A stretch of 64,000 nt of DNA from Carpediemonas membranifera BICM. Taxonomy: Eukaryota > Protista > Fornicata. The stretch lies in contig JAHDYR010000032.1 in NCBI GenBank assembly GCA_019828565.1, positions 62,001 to 126,000 of the forward strand, in the 5' to 3' direction. Positions 9,877 through 22,680 of this stretch are shown here, one piece after another. Every line of letters starts with the position of its first letter. The first letter of the stretch is position 1. A model generated the notes under the pieces. That model was not told the origin of the DNA. It ran no database searches and saw only the letters and a program-made list of their open reading frames with translations. Position numbers and translations under genes: made by a program.

Positions 9877-12800
9877 ATGACTGAAAACGGCCCGTCAGTG
9901 AACGAGCCAAGCATTAGTGCCATTCTGGCATTTCACGAAAAGCTAACGAGACATGTTCAGGCCGGTGGAAAGCGCCGCCTCATTAAGCGCTTAGGCCCTG
10001 CAGTTCTAACATTCTGCAGTTCATCGGGTGTTGATGTTAAGCAGGTGTACCGCCGCGCGAGGAGACAGAAGACATCATCCTCCCTTATTTTTCGCGCACC
10101 GCAAGTCCGTATGAAAAAGTCCGGAGCGGAAGACCTAGCTTTCCAGGCCGTCGTTGACGCCATCAAACCTCAATCAGCTATCCTACAGCGCCAACTATTC
10201 CAGCTCTCTGTGAAGGGCGTCCATTCGGGGCGCTTCACACAGTACTTGGACAAGTTCCGTACAAGGTACCGCATCATCAAGCCTGATCTGGCGCCTGCTA
10301 CGATCCGCCAGATGTTCCTGAACGGAATCCTGGACGAGTTCCTCCGCGAGGAGGTCAAAGACGCCGTAGTAGGAATGTCGCTCGATGAGACCTTCATTAC
10401 CTCTCTTATGATCTGCAAGAAGCTCGAGGAAGCTCGTCTCATCTCTGAATCATACGCATCCCTCCATCCAGTGTCGTTAACACATCCTGGAAGCCGCGTC
10501 AAGTCTAGCAGAGCCCGTCCGGGCCGCCAAGAACGTCAACAGGCAAGACCTGACCAGCCTCCCCTCCAACGCCAAGCTCCTGAGCCACCGCACGCGTACA
10601 ACCACTCCAGTTTCCAGCCTGATACGAGACGGCCCGACAGAGCCAGTAAGCAGTGTCAGAACTGCGGCAAGCAAGGTCACTTCGCCCGGGACTGTAAGAG
10701 AGATAAGATCAAGTGCGCAAAGTGTGGAAAGCTGGGCCACATGGCCAAGTTCTGCCGGTCGACAGGCCCAGTTCCTGTAAACGACCGTAAGTACACCAAT
10801 TACTCGACAACGGCGCGCGTTTGGACTATGGCTGGCGAGACAACTCCATCATTGCCTGTGGTATCGGGTGCAGTGGACGGCTGCGCATGGGGACGCATAC
10901 TATTCGATTGTGGTGCGGACATCCCGCTCGTTAACCCCGCCTCAGCTCAGGAAGCGGGACTGAACGCGACGAAGCTAGCCAGCCCGATACACATCAAGTC
11001 ACCCGGAGGCAGAATCCAGACAGACACGACCTATGAGGTCCCAGTAATCATGGACAAGTCGCCGATGACCCCGAAGGGCGTCGAGGCGACGGTGACCGCG
11101 TATGCAGTTGAGATGGAGTATGACATGCTCTTGAACTATGCAGTCATGGTGGACTGGGGCATTCTTCCACATGTTGGAGCTAGGTCGAGCGACTCGTCGA
11201 TCGAAGAGGACGCCCAGCTCCCATCGACACTCGAGCGTCTTGAGAGACGACTCTACAATTTGCGAGCGGATATGAACGATAAGCAGAGTCGGATATTGGC
11301 CCGCTATGACCACTGTTTCCACGACCGGCAAGGTTTCAGCAATCTAGAACCATATGACCTTGTGCTCAAGTCGGACAGGGTGATCGCGTCACGGTCTAAC
11401 TACGTCCCATACCAGCGCGAGCACTTATTCGACCAACATCTCGCCGAGCTAATCGAGAAGAAGTACGTCGAGCAGTCTTTCAGCCCATATGCTTCGCCGG
11501 TGCTCCTGGTTCCGAAGGGTCCGGACAAGACACGCATGGTCGTAGATTTCCGTAAGATCAACGACGAGACGGAGCCGTTCGAGTACCCTATCCCGGAGAT
11601 ACAGACGTGTTTAGCGAAGTTAGGCGCATCCAAGGTGTTCGCCACCCTAGATTTATCGGCAGGGTACCACCAGATTCAGATGTCCGAACGTTCGCGCCAG
11701 TACACGGCGTTCAATACGCCGAGGGGCAAGTTCCAGTATACGGGCATGCCGTTTGGTTTGAAGAACGCGGGTGCTCACTTTCAGTACTCGATGGAGCGGG
11801 CGTTCGCAGATTTACTAGGAGCCAGTTGCCTGATTTATATCGATGACATCGTAGTCTTCGGAAGAACAGAGGCAGAGTATATCGTCAACCTGACGAAGCT
11901 CCTCAAGCGAGCGGATGAACTGAATCTTCGCCTCAATGCCGAGAAGTCACATTTCGGCCAGTCTACAGTCGAGTTCCTTGGCTGGACAGTTTCAGGTGAG
12001 GGCTACGGTATTGCTGCCGACCGGGTACATGACATCCAAGAGCTCAAGCTACCCAAGTCCCGAAAGGCGGCCCAGGCACTCATGGGATTTCTGAACTTCG
12101 TCCGTGACTTCGTGCCACACTTTTCCATGGTCACGCGACCATTGGCACTCGCAGCAGCCGGTAAGATTGGGCTAGGCACCCCAGAGCAGACCAAAGCCTT
12201 GGCCCTGGTGAAGGATCTACTGTGTTCCGCACCCATCTTACAACACTTCGACGTGACAAAGCGCCACGTGGTGATGACCGACGCGTCGGACGTAGGGATC
12301 GGAGGTGTCCTCCTGCAGGATGGCAAGCCTGTCAGTTATATGTCGAAGGCCTTCACCGATGTGCAGACAAGATGGAGCACGATAGAACAGGAGGCATATG
12401 CTATCGTCTCCGCGCTTCAACGCTGGCGCCGTTTCCTGGTCTGGACCCCTTTCACGCTGCTGACCGACCACCGTAATCTCATTTATATGGCCCGTTCATC
12501 AAACGCTAAGGTCCAAAGGTGGTATGAATCGATCGCAGACCTCCCCTTCACAATACGACACGTCCCTGGAGTAGATAATGGAGCAGCGGATGGATTGAGC
12601 AGAGTCTTTGCTGCGTCCAAGACCCCGACCGCGACAGAGAATGAGATCCATGACGCTCACCTCCACGGTCAAGCCCATCTCCCCATTTATACGACAGTCG
12701 AGCTGTTGAAGGCGAGAGGGAAGCGAGCCCCCATTGACCAAGTCGCAGAGGTAATTAACAAGTGCCCAGTCTGTCAGCTCACGGCGAAGCCAGAGGACGC

Positions 12801-13867
12801 CAAGCGGTCGTACTTGCACACAGCGAGTGTAACTCCGTTTGATAAGGTAGCGATTGACACGATTGGCCCGCTACCAGAGGTCAACGGTTTCAGCTATATC
12901 TTGGTAATGGTTGACACGGCCTCAAGGTGGACAGAGCTGGTACCCCTACGGACTACGAAGGCCCTTGAAGCAGTAAGAGCATTTACGAATACGTGGCTAC
13001 TACGGTACGGGGCGCCTAGAGTTCTCCAGTCAGACGGAGGGCGCCAGTTTGCAAAACCGTTTGTTCGAGGATCTTGCTGGTCGAGTCGGGTTCTCGACCC
13101 ATATCACAACTCCGTATCACCCGCAGTCCAATGGGATTGTAGAGCGGGCGAACTCTCGAATCGAACGAATCTTGCGCTCCAGGAAGTATGAGCTCCAGAC
13201 CGAGGATTGGGTCGACTGTTTACCAGTGGCACAATTTATTGTTAACTCAACACCCAGAGCGGCCCATCACCTCACGCCGGCTGAGATTATCTTTGGAAGC
13301 GACATGCGAGTGCCGAGTGAGATTGTCTTCACGAGCCAAGATGACAGCGCGGACTATCCGGCAGATAATGGCGAGGCGGTGAAACTCGCGAGACAGATGG
13401 CCGCGGCACGCATCCGAGCCATGCAAGAGGACGCGCGCAACCGGGTTGGGTCCCCGCCGGTTATTGATTCAGAGTGGGTGCTGGTGAAGTATCCGACTAA
13501 GCCACCTTCCAAGCTTGCGGCAGGTTGGCGAGGCCCAATGCAGCTAGTGAGCCCGGTTATCGTCGACAACTTACCGGTAGCATACAATGTGAGAGACGTG
13601 AACTCGGGTAAGGAGTTCAGGGTAGCATCCGAGCGCGTGAGGTCTTTCGAGGGTGACTTGTCACGCGACTCAGCACAGGCCCTGGCAGCGACCACTGATG
13701 CCGAGTACGTTGTCGAGTGCATTTACGATTCATCCAATGAGAAGTCGATCAAGAATAGGAAGTTCCACGTGCACTGGAAAGGGTATGAGCCATGCGAGGA
13801 CACTTGGGAGCCTTACGAGAACGTCAAGGACTGCGAAGCGTTAGATATATTTCTCGGAAAAGCATAA
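9877..13867 (+). CDS. A Gag-Pol: Gag with 2 CCHC knuckles, protease, RT, RNase H, integrase, chromodomain (1 frameshift ~13050)
   Basis: CQNCGKQGHFARDC, CAKCGKLGHMAKFC, LFDCGAD, YIDD, TDAS, QSDGG...YHPQSNGIVER, YVVECI...FHVHWKGYEPCEDTWEP. Confidence 0.95.
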
Positions 13868-13919
13868 GCCTACCACTTATACGTACCTGTAAAAAGGCAG
13901 GTAAGGCAGCCAACAGAAT

Positions 13920-15254
13920 TTATTCTTCGTCGATCGCACCAGCAGACTCGCGCAGCCGGGCCAGGAGCAGCTCAGGGTGCCACTCAGGGCGAACACGCGG
14001 CCAAAGACGGGCATTGGTGAGGTAGTTGGTGATCGGGAGGCAAGTGCACATGGATTGCGTGAGCTGAGTGAGTCCAGGCACGGCGTAATTCTGATACTTA
14101 ACCACAAGGGTGAAGCTTTCGCGGAACTGTTCGTTGTACAGCTCAATGTGCCTGAGGCACTCGACGATCACATAGTCGAGTGACGGGTCAGACACCTGCG
14201 GCACGAGCTCGGCAGCGCTGATCGTGGTCTCGATCCGTGCGATGCGATCGTTTGTGAGCAGGGCGTAGTAGTCCGTCACAAACCGTGTCGCCTCGTGAGC
14301 AGACAGACGGTCGACGCGACGGGCCTGGGCCACCATCCAACAGCAGTACAAGGAAGGGTGCGAAGAGATCATGATGATCCGCATCAGGGACTGGTTCGCC
14401 AGGGTTCGGAGATAGGATGGCTGGCGATCAGCGAGATCGGGAGTGATGCGGGTCAGGGTCGCTACCACGACGTCGACCGTAGATCGGGAGAAACAGCCGG
14501 ACGTGACAGCGTCAGAGGCGAGCAGAGCCTCGGCGAGGGCAACATCGGCAGGTGAGTCGATCTCAAAGTGGGACCGCAGTGCACGGCCCACGACGGCGTC
14601 GGTGACGAAGTCCGTCAGGAGCAAGAGGGACTGACGCGTCATGAGGTCCCCAGCCTCATCGCCAGCGCTGAAGACCTGGCCGGTCCTCAGACGGGACAGC
14701 ATGCCCTGGAGGGGCAGCTCGAAGCAGTTCGAGACGCGACCAGAGACCGAAGCGATTACGGTCTGGAAACGGGCTTCCCGCTCCGCCAGGTCCGCCCGAT
14801 GAGGTCCTTGGAGGTGCCCGCGGAGCACCTGGCGGGTGACGGGGCGGTTGGAGGTCCGGCGCTGGGCGGCCTCAACCGTGCTGACAGCATGACCAGCTTG
14901 GGCAGAACAAGTGGCGACAGCCACGACGCGTCCGGTCAAGGTGCGACGCGTACCTTCATCGTCGACGACAACACCCGTTACGCGGCGGATATCCTCAGGT
15001 GGGTGCCGGCGGGTGATCGCGCGAGCCGCAGGAACCTCGATGACGACGTCCTGTGGCGATGACGGCTCAACAATGGGTGCTGAGGAAGATTCCTCGGGAC
15101 GAGCACGTCTCTGGGGCATATCGGTGCTGTCCGGCACGAGCACGGACTGGTGTTTGCGCTTCAGAGCGCGGAGACGTTCAGCAACGGGCAGATTGCCGTC
15201 ATTGCCAGCAAGATCAGCGATCAGTGCGTCCAAATCATGCACAAGGTTCTCCAT
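13920..15254 (-). CDS. A antisense accessory protein (444 aa), C-terminal chromo-like domain
   Basis: Intact ORF inside element A, convergent with pol; homologous to the ORF at 62119-63170. Confidence 0.75.
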   Translation of the reverse strand: MENLVHDLDALIADLAGNDGNLPVAERLRALKRKHQSVLVPDSTDMPQRRARPEESSSAPIVEPSSPQDVVIEVPAARAITRRHPPEDIRRVTGVVVDDEGTRRTLTGRVVAVATCSAQAGHAVSTVEAAQRRTSNRPVTRQVLRGHLQGPHRADLAEREARFQTVIASVSGRVSNCFELPLQGMLSRLRTGQVFSAGDEAGDLMTRQSLLLLTDFVTDAVVGRALRSHFEIDSPADVALAEALLASDAVTSGCFSRSTVDVVVATLTRITPDLADRQPSYLRTLANQSLMRIIMISSHPSLYCCWMVAQARRVDRLSAHEATRFVTDYYALLTNDRIARIETTISAAELVPQVSDPSLDYVIVECLRHIELYNEQFRESFTLVVKYQNYAVPGLTQLTQSMCTCLPITNYLTNARLWPRVRPEWHPELLLARLRESAGAIDEE

Positions 15255-16217
15255 TAGGCCGTATGGAAGTATTAACCGCGGTCAAAACTTCATTTACGTG
15301 TTACATGATACAAAAACGTAGGACCTGGGTCATGACCAGGACTCCACACAGCTAAGTCAGGACGCTGAATAGCATGGTGCAACGCGTAATTTACGAAAGC
15401 AGACGGGTTAGGCAGAATTCGCCGACCGAGAAAGGGTCCGTTTGGTGAACCCCGATGAACGCTTGTTGAGGACGATAAGTCCGCAAAATCACGATATTTA
15501 TACGTCTATGAGACGAATACTGATGTTGTTAGTGTTATAGAGCAATATTCGCGGCGTCCCAACTGTCGACGAACGAGAAAAGCAAAAAAAGGCCATATCT
15601 CGGCAACGAAGAGGCTTTGAGGCCTCTAGAGGCGTTATTCGAACGCTATGTAAGAATGAGGGCTTTCAAGGCCGCATACCATGGTGGTTTCGAACTGGAA
15701 GCCATTTGTGCATTTTAAGGATCCGAATGAACTAATCGACGACCATACGGCCCAGTAATGGCCCGTGGGAGGGCGGTAAGCCCGGGTAAGACTAACCCTT
15801 GAGCGTATGACGCAATACTTACACAGTGGTACCACGAAATTCTGAGTCAATCAATTTGGAGATACGTCACCACAGAACAACTACGGTTGTACCGGACACC
15901 CTTACGTGGCAGTAAGAGTATGTCAACGGTGTTCCGGCTGCTGTGCTACCCACAGTTAGCGACGGTGAAGCAAGGGTTACCGAGCTAAGGCAGAGTACCC
16001 TTCCCGGGCACTGGGCTATTCCCCAGCCGCCAACGGTGAAGTAGGTTAGCACAGGCTTTCCCCTGTGAGGCCTACCGGCACAAGTTATTCATACTCAAGT
16101 CAGTTGAGCATGGAGGGGCAGTGTCAGTCAGTACAATTTAAGAACATTTATGGATTGACTTCGACACCCCTGTGTCGAAGTCTTTTCCCCCAGTAAAACA
16201 GGTATAGTCAAACCACA

Positions 16218-16635
16218 CAGCGATCAGATCAGCGAATTCTCCCATTCGTGCGCGGTGTACTGGAACAGAAACTATCTGGTATTCCTCCACAGTGGTTGTA
16301 CTTGTACGTTTGAAGATCGTTGGAGGGGGAGTTCGCTGTTCGGGGCTCACCTCCCCCTCCATAACCAGAATAGCCCAGTGCAGGAGCTCAACTCGTGTCA
16401 GGTTCCTTGCCCCATCTCTGTGGTCTGTTAGTATGTCGACCACATAGTCGTCGACGGACTTCTCGGCTGGTGTCATGAGGTCATTTATCTTCATGTATAT
16501 ATATATATTACGACACCCTATGTGTCGACTTTAAATACTTCACCACACTGGTGTGGGGTCGAGTCTTGCAGCGAGTTGAGGCTGGTCGCCTAGCAGCTCC
16601 TGCGACATGGCTGAGGTGTTGGCCGCCTTGGTGGT
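16218..16635 (-). pseudogene. T1 convergent partner gene fragment (interrupted by solo LTR 16471-16547)
   Basis: ARNLTRVELLHWAILVMEG and YQIVSVPV align with the partner ORFs of T2 and T3. The frame is restored on removing the solo LTR plus one TSD. Confidence 0.65.
16471..16547 (+). repeat. solo LTR, 77 bp
   Basis: TGTCATG...CACCACA flanked by 4-bp TSD CTGG; contains the CGACAC-N5-GTGTCG hairpin. Confidence 0.85.
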
Positions 16636-16967
16636 TGTGCAGTGGGTCTTACCCAATGCTACATAGGAATACCATTACATAGATTATATAGTATTGACCA
16701 TATTGACCATATCATGGGTTTTCTTATTTAAACACTCTTTCCCAAGCCATAAGGCTACATTAGTACTAATCCCACCAACATGGTATACGGGAAGGCCAAA
16801 GCGCCGATACTAAAGGGCACGTCCGTGGCTGAATTAGTCACGTTCGTGGAAGCGCTCCAAGATTATCGAGCACTCGGCGGAAAACAGCGCTCAGACCGCC
16901 TAATAGACAGCTGTGTCCGTGACTACGTTGACGGAGTACTCGGCACGGACGACGACGATCCTCCCGT

Positions 16968-19900
16968 TGTTGTAACGATGCGCTAATTTATTTCGACACA
17001 CTGGTGTCGTCTCGGACCAAGTAGGACCAAGACGACACCCATAAAATATATAAATATTAATACGGTATTGCGACACTACCCCTCCCCCCCACCGAGAGTA
17101 TTAAAGCCACTTTGCAAATTGTGTCAGAAACCCATCCGATGGTCGAGATCTTCCTTCAGGGTGGAACCGGGTTCGACCCCCGGAGTCACCATATTTTTCA
17201 TTGAATGGGTCTTAACCTGCACGACCCAGCGATGAGTCGAAAAGAAGGAGGAGGCGAAGGACGGAAAAAAATGGAAAGGGTGTACTCGATATGCCCTTGC
17301 AGCGGCCTACCTCCACCTCCTGTCTGAGGTCTGAGTACCTCGTGTGGTGGCCGAAACACGAGTCGATGGCGAAAGAGTGAACGGGGAAGATGATCGCAAC
17401 GAGAGCTGAACCCGAGGGAAATGGGGAGATATATAAAGGTGATTGTACTGCTGTAGCACTAGGTTCTCACGGGCATTGGTTCCCCCGCAATGCGCAAAAA
17501 TTTGGAATCAATCGACTATCGATTAACTGGGGAGGTTTGGACCGAAATTCCCCGCAAAAGAGGTGTAACAAGCATGTGTAGAGCGATATTGGGCGGAATA
17601 ATTACTTCCTGGGGGGTAATTGAGCATAATTGGCTGCTCGCCGATTGAGTTGCCTAATACTGCGGCTAGGACCGGGCCCGCCACCTGCGACGAATACGAG
17701 CCAGAGTCGGCTCTAGTGCAGGGTTCTCGCGCAAATATTGGTCTAGGGCCTCCAGCTGGTCGGTGTCTCTGGTAAAACTAATCCAAGAGTCTTCGCTCGG
17801 CTCGTAGCCCAGCCAGTGGACTTTGAATTCGACCGTGGACCCCTTGTTTGAGACCCTGTGCTTGTAGACATTGTCGACCACGTACTCACCGCACTCGGCG
17901 GCAAGTCTAGCGATCAGGGCTTGCTCGTCCTCTGGCGTCTCGACAGGAATGAGTCGCTCATCGCTGACCAGGACCTCTGCCAGCGACACTAAGTCGCGAA
18001 CCACGTGCGTAGCGGGCGATTCGCCGGCTCGTACAACCTTCATCGGGCCCCCGGAGGCTGGTGAGCAGCTTGGGAGCTCTGCCAACGTAGCGGAGGAGTG
18101 CGAAGGAGCCATCCGGGAAGCTCGGAGGTGTGTCGCTGTCCTCGCCGCTCTTGTTTCGTTCGCTATACCGTTGGAGATGAGCCTTGGCTTGCAGACGGCG
18201 GGTATTAAGGGCGTCGCGGAACGCCTTCAGGCAATCGGCTTGGCCCGCCGACATTTCCTTAAATAGGGCCCACGCCCGCTCGTATTGCGCGACTGAAAAC
18301 TGCTCGGAGTCGGATCCCGAATTGCCTGTCACTAGGCGTAAGGGGGCTTGCCCCGTGGCCCGTGTTGGCCGTGTATTAATGATGTACTGCACTAAAGGGA
18401 GGAAAGGAACCCAGTCATAGTCCTGGCTGTCAAATAGTAAACCCCGCAACAGACGAAGGACTTTTCCATTCGTGCGTTCAACAATTCCGTTGGAGGCTGG
18501 GTGATGTGGGGTCGAGTAACGATGCTTGAGGGAGAGGATCCGGTTGACTTCAGCGTCCACTTGGTTCCTAAATTCCGGTCCGCCATCAGTTTGAAGTAGC
18601 GCTGGTTTCCCAAATAGGGCCCAGACTTCCAGCATTGCTTGGGCTGTCTCGGCGGCCGTGGTTGATCTCACCGGCTTCAGTACCACGTATTTCGTGAAGA
18701 CATCTGTGAAGACCAAGACGCCCTTGTACTCACCGCTAGCCCCCAGGGAGAGAGTGTCGACTTGGACGCATTCAAAGGGCGTGTACCGGTGTGTGCTGTT
18801 CTTCGCCGGGGGCGTTCGCTTGTGTGCGCGCAACTTCTGGCATGTCAAGCACTGCTTGACTACCCGCTTGGCGAGTGCCGAGACGTCGGGCCAAACATGA
18901 CCCGCCTCCATCGCAAGAGTCGTAAGGCGTACTGCCTTGGGGTGGCCATTGGCGCCCTCATGCAGATCTTGAAGTATGCGCAGCTTCTCCTCCTCCGATG
19001 GTACGATCTCGGCACTGTTCACAGTCTTAGTCGACGATTCTGGCCGTGAAAGAGCGTCGGCGACCACATTATGCTCGCCTGATATGTGGGCAATGTTGAA
19101 ATTGAATTCTTGCAAAGCAATCCGCCAGCGCATCACCTTGGGGGATACGAGGGAGCGGCGCATGAGGTACACAATATTTCGGTGGTCTGTGTGGATAGTG
19201 AGCGAGTTAACCATCTTGAGCAGAGGACTCAAGTCAGGCCGGGTGAGGGTATGAAGGATTGCGTACAGCTCCTTGTCGTAGGTGGCCCAGCGCCTCTGCG
19301 TCGCGTTAAATAATTTCGAAACGAAGGCGACCAGGCGGCGATTCGCGCCCTCTCCCTGGGTGATTACGGCCCCAAGCCCCCGGTCGCTTGCGTCAGTGTA
19401 AACGTCCCATGGCAGGCTGGGATCAGGCTGAGCCAGGACGGTCTCTTGGGCTACCGCCTCTCTCAGGGCCACGAGGGCTTCCTCTTGGCGTGGTCCCCAT
19501 ACGAATGGCTCACCGGCGTTCCTGATCAGCTCATAGAGGGGGTCCACAAGGTCCGCCGCGGCTGGGATGAAGTCGATCACGTAATTAAACATCCCTAAGA
19601 GTGTTCTGACCCCTGAAACATTGCTCGGAGCCTCTATCGACGTGAGTGCTTCAATCCGTCGCTTGTCGATGCTCTTCCCCTCGCGGGAAAGGTGGAAGCC
19701 CACGATGTCTAACTCCTCCGCGCCGATCACACATTTTGCCGGGCTAAGCCGAAGGTCATACTTTGTCAGCAACTGGAAGGTTTGCTCTAAGCGTGCTATA
19801 AGTTCCTCCTCAGATTGGGCGTAGATTAAGATGTCGTCAATATAGACCAGCACCCCCCGGTGGAGTACCGGGGCGAGGATGGATTGCATGGTACGCTGGA

Positions 19901-21898
19901 AATAACTCGGAGCGTTAGTCAGCCCGAATGGGACTCGGTTGAACTCCTCGTAGTCGTCAGGTGTTACAAACGCCGTCATAGCTCTGTCTTCCTCGTGGAG
20001 GGGCATCTGATGGTACCCGGACGTCAAGTCCAAGCTGGCGAAGAATTGAGCCCCCGCCGCCTCCTGTACGAAGGTTTTCAAGTCGGGAAGGGGAAAATGG
20101 TCACGAATGGTGAGAATGTTGAGCTTTGTGTAGTCCACACAGAGGCGTATGGCGCCGTTCTTCTTATCCACTACCACGATCGGGGAGGAGAACGGTCCGA
20201 CGCTGTTCCTGGTGATGCCAAGGTGGCGTAGGCGGGTTACTTCTTCCCGCACCTGAAGGCGTCGTTCCCCTGATAGTCTCCGGGCTCGTTCCTGGACCAG
20301 GGCGTCCGGGTCATTCAATCGGATCCGCATAGGTTCAACCTTGGCTCCTTGAGCCGGAATGGGGCCGAACAACGTGGAATACTCAGCAAGTAGCGCTCGT
20401 ACCTCGCTTCGGAGCGTGGCGCTCGTGGATTCGGGAATTTCAACAGCACCAACGTCCTCCGAGACGTCTAACTGGTTCAAACTCAGCGGAATGTCGTCCC
20501 CGTCCTCCTTGCTCAGATTTTCGGCTACGAGCTGGAGGAATAAGGAATCCTTCGTGAGAAGCCCGAGTACACGAAGAATGTCGGTGCCAATAAGGATTTT
20601 CTCGCGGTCCCCACTGAGGATTGCGAACTTCGCCTTAAACCGCGTTGGGGCTCCCGCCAGCGTGAGGTGTAACCAGGCCTCAGTATAGTGGTTAGTTGTC
20701 GAAATGGAACCGTTCGCCATTCTGAAGCGGAGGGTCGGGCCGGTCACTGTCTGTAGGCCAAGGGCCTCTGCTGACGCAGCGGAGATGATAGATTTTGGTG
20801 CTTTAGTGTCAATAATAAAGGAATACTCTTGGTCGTTTATACGACCAGACACTTTGAGTGGCTCATCGGGGTCCGTGTCCAGGAGATTAGCCTCGATTGG
20901 CTCCTTCTTCTTCGGGTTGGACCGGAGGCCGCCTCCTTCTTGGCGAGAGCGCATTGGGGCCCCATTGGGGCACTGATTATCCCAATGCCATCCGCCGCAC
21001 TTGCCACAGGCACGATGGGGAGGCTTCAAAGCTGGGTTGACGTCGTTCGGCTTGAGAGTGGAAGACTTCTCCGGGGCCCCTGAGGCAACTGCGCCCGGGA
21101 CCGGGAGGCGAGGCGGTTGGCCTCCTGCGGCCGTTCCTTTCTTTCGGGTGGAGCACTTTCCGGCCTGGTAGTGACCAAAGCGAATGGCCTTAGCCCGAGC
21201 GTCGTCATCTTCTTGAGCGAGGGCAATGCTCAGCTCGTATGCATCTGCAAGTGACTTCCTCTTAGGATGCTCCTTGAGTTCAAAGTCCAGGACCTTGCGG
21301 AAAGTGGATGGGCGGATCCCCTGAAGGAAGATCTTACGCGCGTTCTTCTCAAAGGGGGAAATGTCTTCTTCGTCCTCTTCTTGTTCCTCTTCGTCCTCGT
21401 CCGAGTCGGACTCTTCGATGTCTTCGGCCTTAGAGAAAACTGCTGAGAACGCGCTGACGTACGCGCGAATGGAGGTGATTCTTTTTTCAGATACCTGGCA
21501 GGTGACGGCCTCGAGCTCTTTGACAAGGGACAATTTGTCCACCGGAGCAAGGAACTTGCTGACGTATTCGTCAATCTTGTCGTCATTTGCCTTCGCCAGG
21601 TCTACGTTGAGAGTGTCCTCGATGATGTCCTGCAGGTCATTGGGGAGGAGGACAGCCAGCTTGGCGGCGGGATACAACGCCTTGATTCGGGCGGCATCCC
21701 TCTTAAATGAGCGCCAGGTTTCGCTAGTCAATGTCTCAACGCTCAGAGTCGGCAGAGAAATATTACCGAACATGTAGCCACTAGTGAATTCACTGTAACG
21801 ATGCGCTAATTTATTTCGACACACTGGTGTCGTCTCGGACCAAGTAGGACCAAGACGACACCCATAAAATATATAAATATTAATACGGTATTGCGACA
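16968..21898 (-). mobile_element. B: full-length chromovirus
   Basis: Identical 105-bp LTRs at 16971-17075 and 21794-21898. PPT 17076-17090. TSD CCGT, with 3 extra bases (TGT) at 16968-16970. Confidence 0.95.
17666..21773 (-). CDS. B Gag-Pol with chromodomain (frameshift ~18050)
   Basis: Starts MFGNISLP; CGKCGGWHWDNQC, IIDTKA, YIDD, TDASD, QTDGG, YVVDNV...FKVHWLGYEPSEDSW. Confidence 0.92.
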
Positions 21899-22070
21899 CC
21901 GTGGCACTCATCAAGACCAAGACTACACGCCGGCGCGAACAAGACATCGCTTGTGTCAAGCGTCTCGGCAAGGCCTTTAGACCACGCCACGAGGTAGCAA
22001 GGCTTGAATACTTCCGCTTGAACGCCACCAGCAGAGGAGCGAAGGAAGCTGAGCAAGAAGCTCTGATTCC

Positions 22071-22544
22071 TGTTAAAGTAGTTCCATAATCACCAAACCC
22101 CAGTTGATGTTGCTTGTTGACACATTGCGGGATCATCCTCCCGGAAGGAAGCGAAACTGGGACAAAATTCCAAAGAAACCCCCAATCTCGAAGGAAAGGG
22201 GGGAAGAGAAACAGGAACCATCGCTAACGGAGCAGGATCGGAGAGGATACGACGCACTTAGCCATAGTTCTCTCAATCGGATAATTCTGAAAGGAGAAAT
22301 GAACCCATCAAATCGAAAAGTGAGTCCAACGGGACTCGAACCCACGAAGTTTAGGAAAATCGGCATGGGGATCACCTGGGTCGATCCTGAGATCTTGAGT
22401 CAATCATTTCATCTCTCCCCTAATACCGTTCTAATAACCCGCCTTCAGCTTGGGTGGGCAGTGTGCGTTAATTAGGGAAGTAATTTAGTGGGGACGACAC
22501 CCATGTGTCGACTTTGACTTTTGTAAAACTATTGTTCTCTCACA
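22071..22544 (+). repeat. 474-bp LTR-like/3'-end insert (TGT...ACA) replacing part of C
   Basis: TGT/ACA ends, CGACAC-N4-GTGTCG hairpin at 22495-22510, antisense tRNA-like cassette at 22316-22345. No TSD. Confidence 0.55.
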
Positions 22545-22566
22545 CCGTCTACCAGTTGAACCCCAC

Positions 22567-22680
22567 TGTAGTGGGTCTTACCCAATACTTACATAGTTTA
22601 TGACTTATAGATTACACCATATTTGCAACCATTGGGTTTTCTCTTTATTAAAGTTCTTTCCCTCCTCCAGTAGGAGCACA
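22567..22680 (+). repeat. solo LTR, 114 bp, C-related family
   Basis: TGTAGTGGGTCTTACC...GCACA with TSD CCAC; C pol frame restored on removal. Confidence 0.88.

Larger units (their letters stand above)
9766..16217 (+). mobile_element. A: full-length Ty3/gypsy chromovirus with antisense accessory gene
   Basis: Identical 96-bp TGT...ACA LTRs at 9766-9861 and 16122-16217. PPT GGAGGGGCAG directly before the 3' LTR. No TSD (GAAAG vs CAGCG), and the flanking T1 sequence is deleted. Confidence 0.95.

Noticed and set aside
13040-13060. Programmed frameshifts in pol (A, B, G, H, J)
   Set aside because: They fall mid-domain, often in homopolymers, at different positions in each family; more likely decay or assembly indels.
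17100-17200. Complete tRNA gene (also ~36000-36090 and ~22316-22400)
   Set aside because: Only the T arm and 3' acceptor strand are present; no complementary 5' strand or D/anticodon arms found.
21774-22136. N-terminal 120 aa of the 1392-aa ORF 17958-22136
   Set aside because: Reads through B's 5' LTR and flanking C sequence; the true start is probably 21773.
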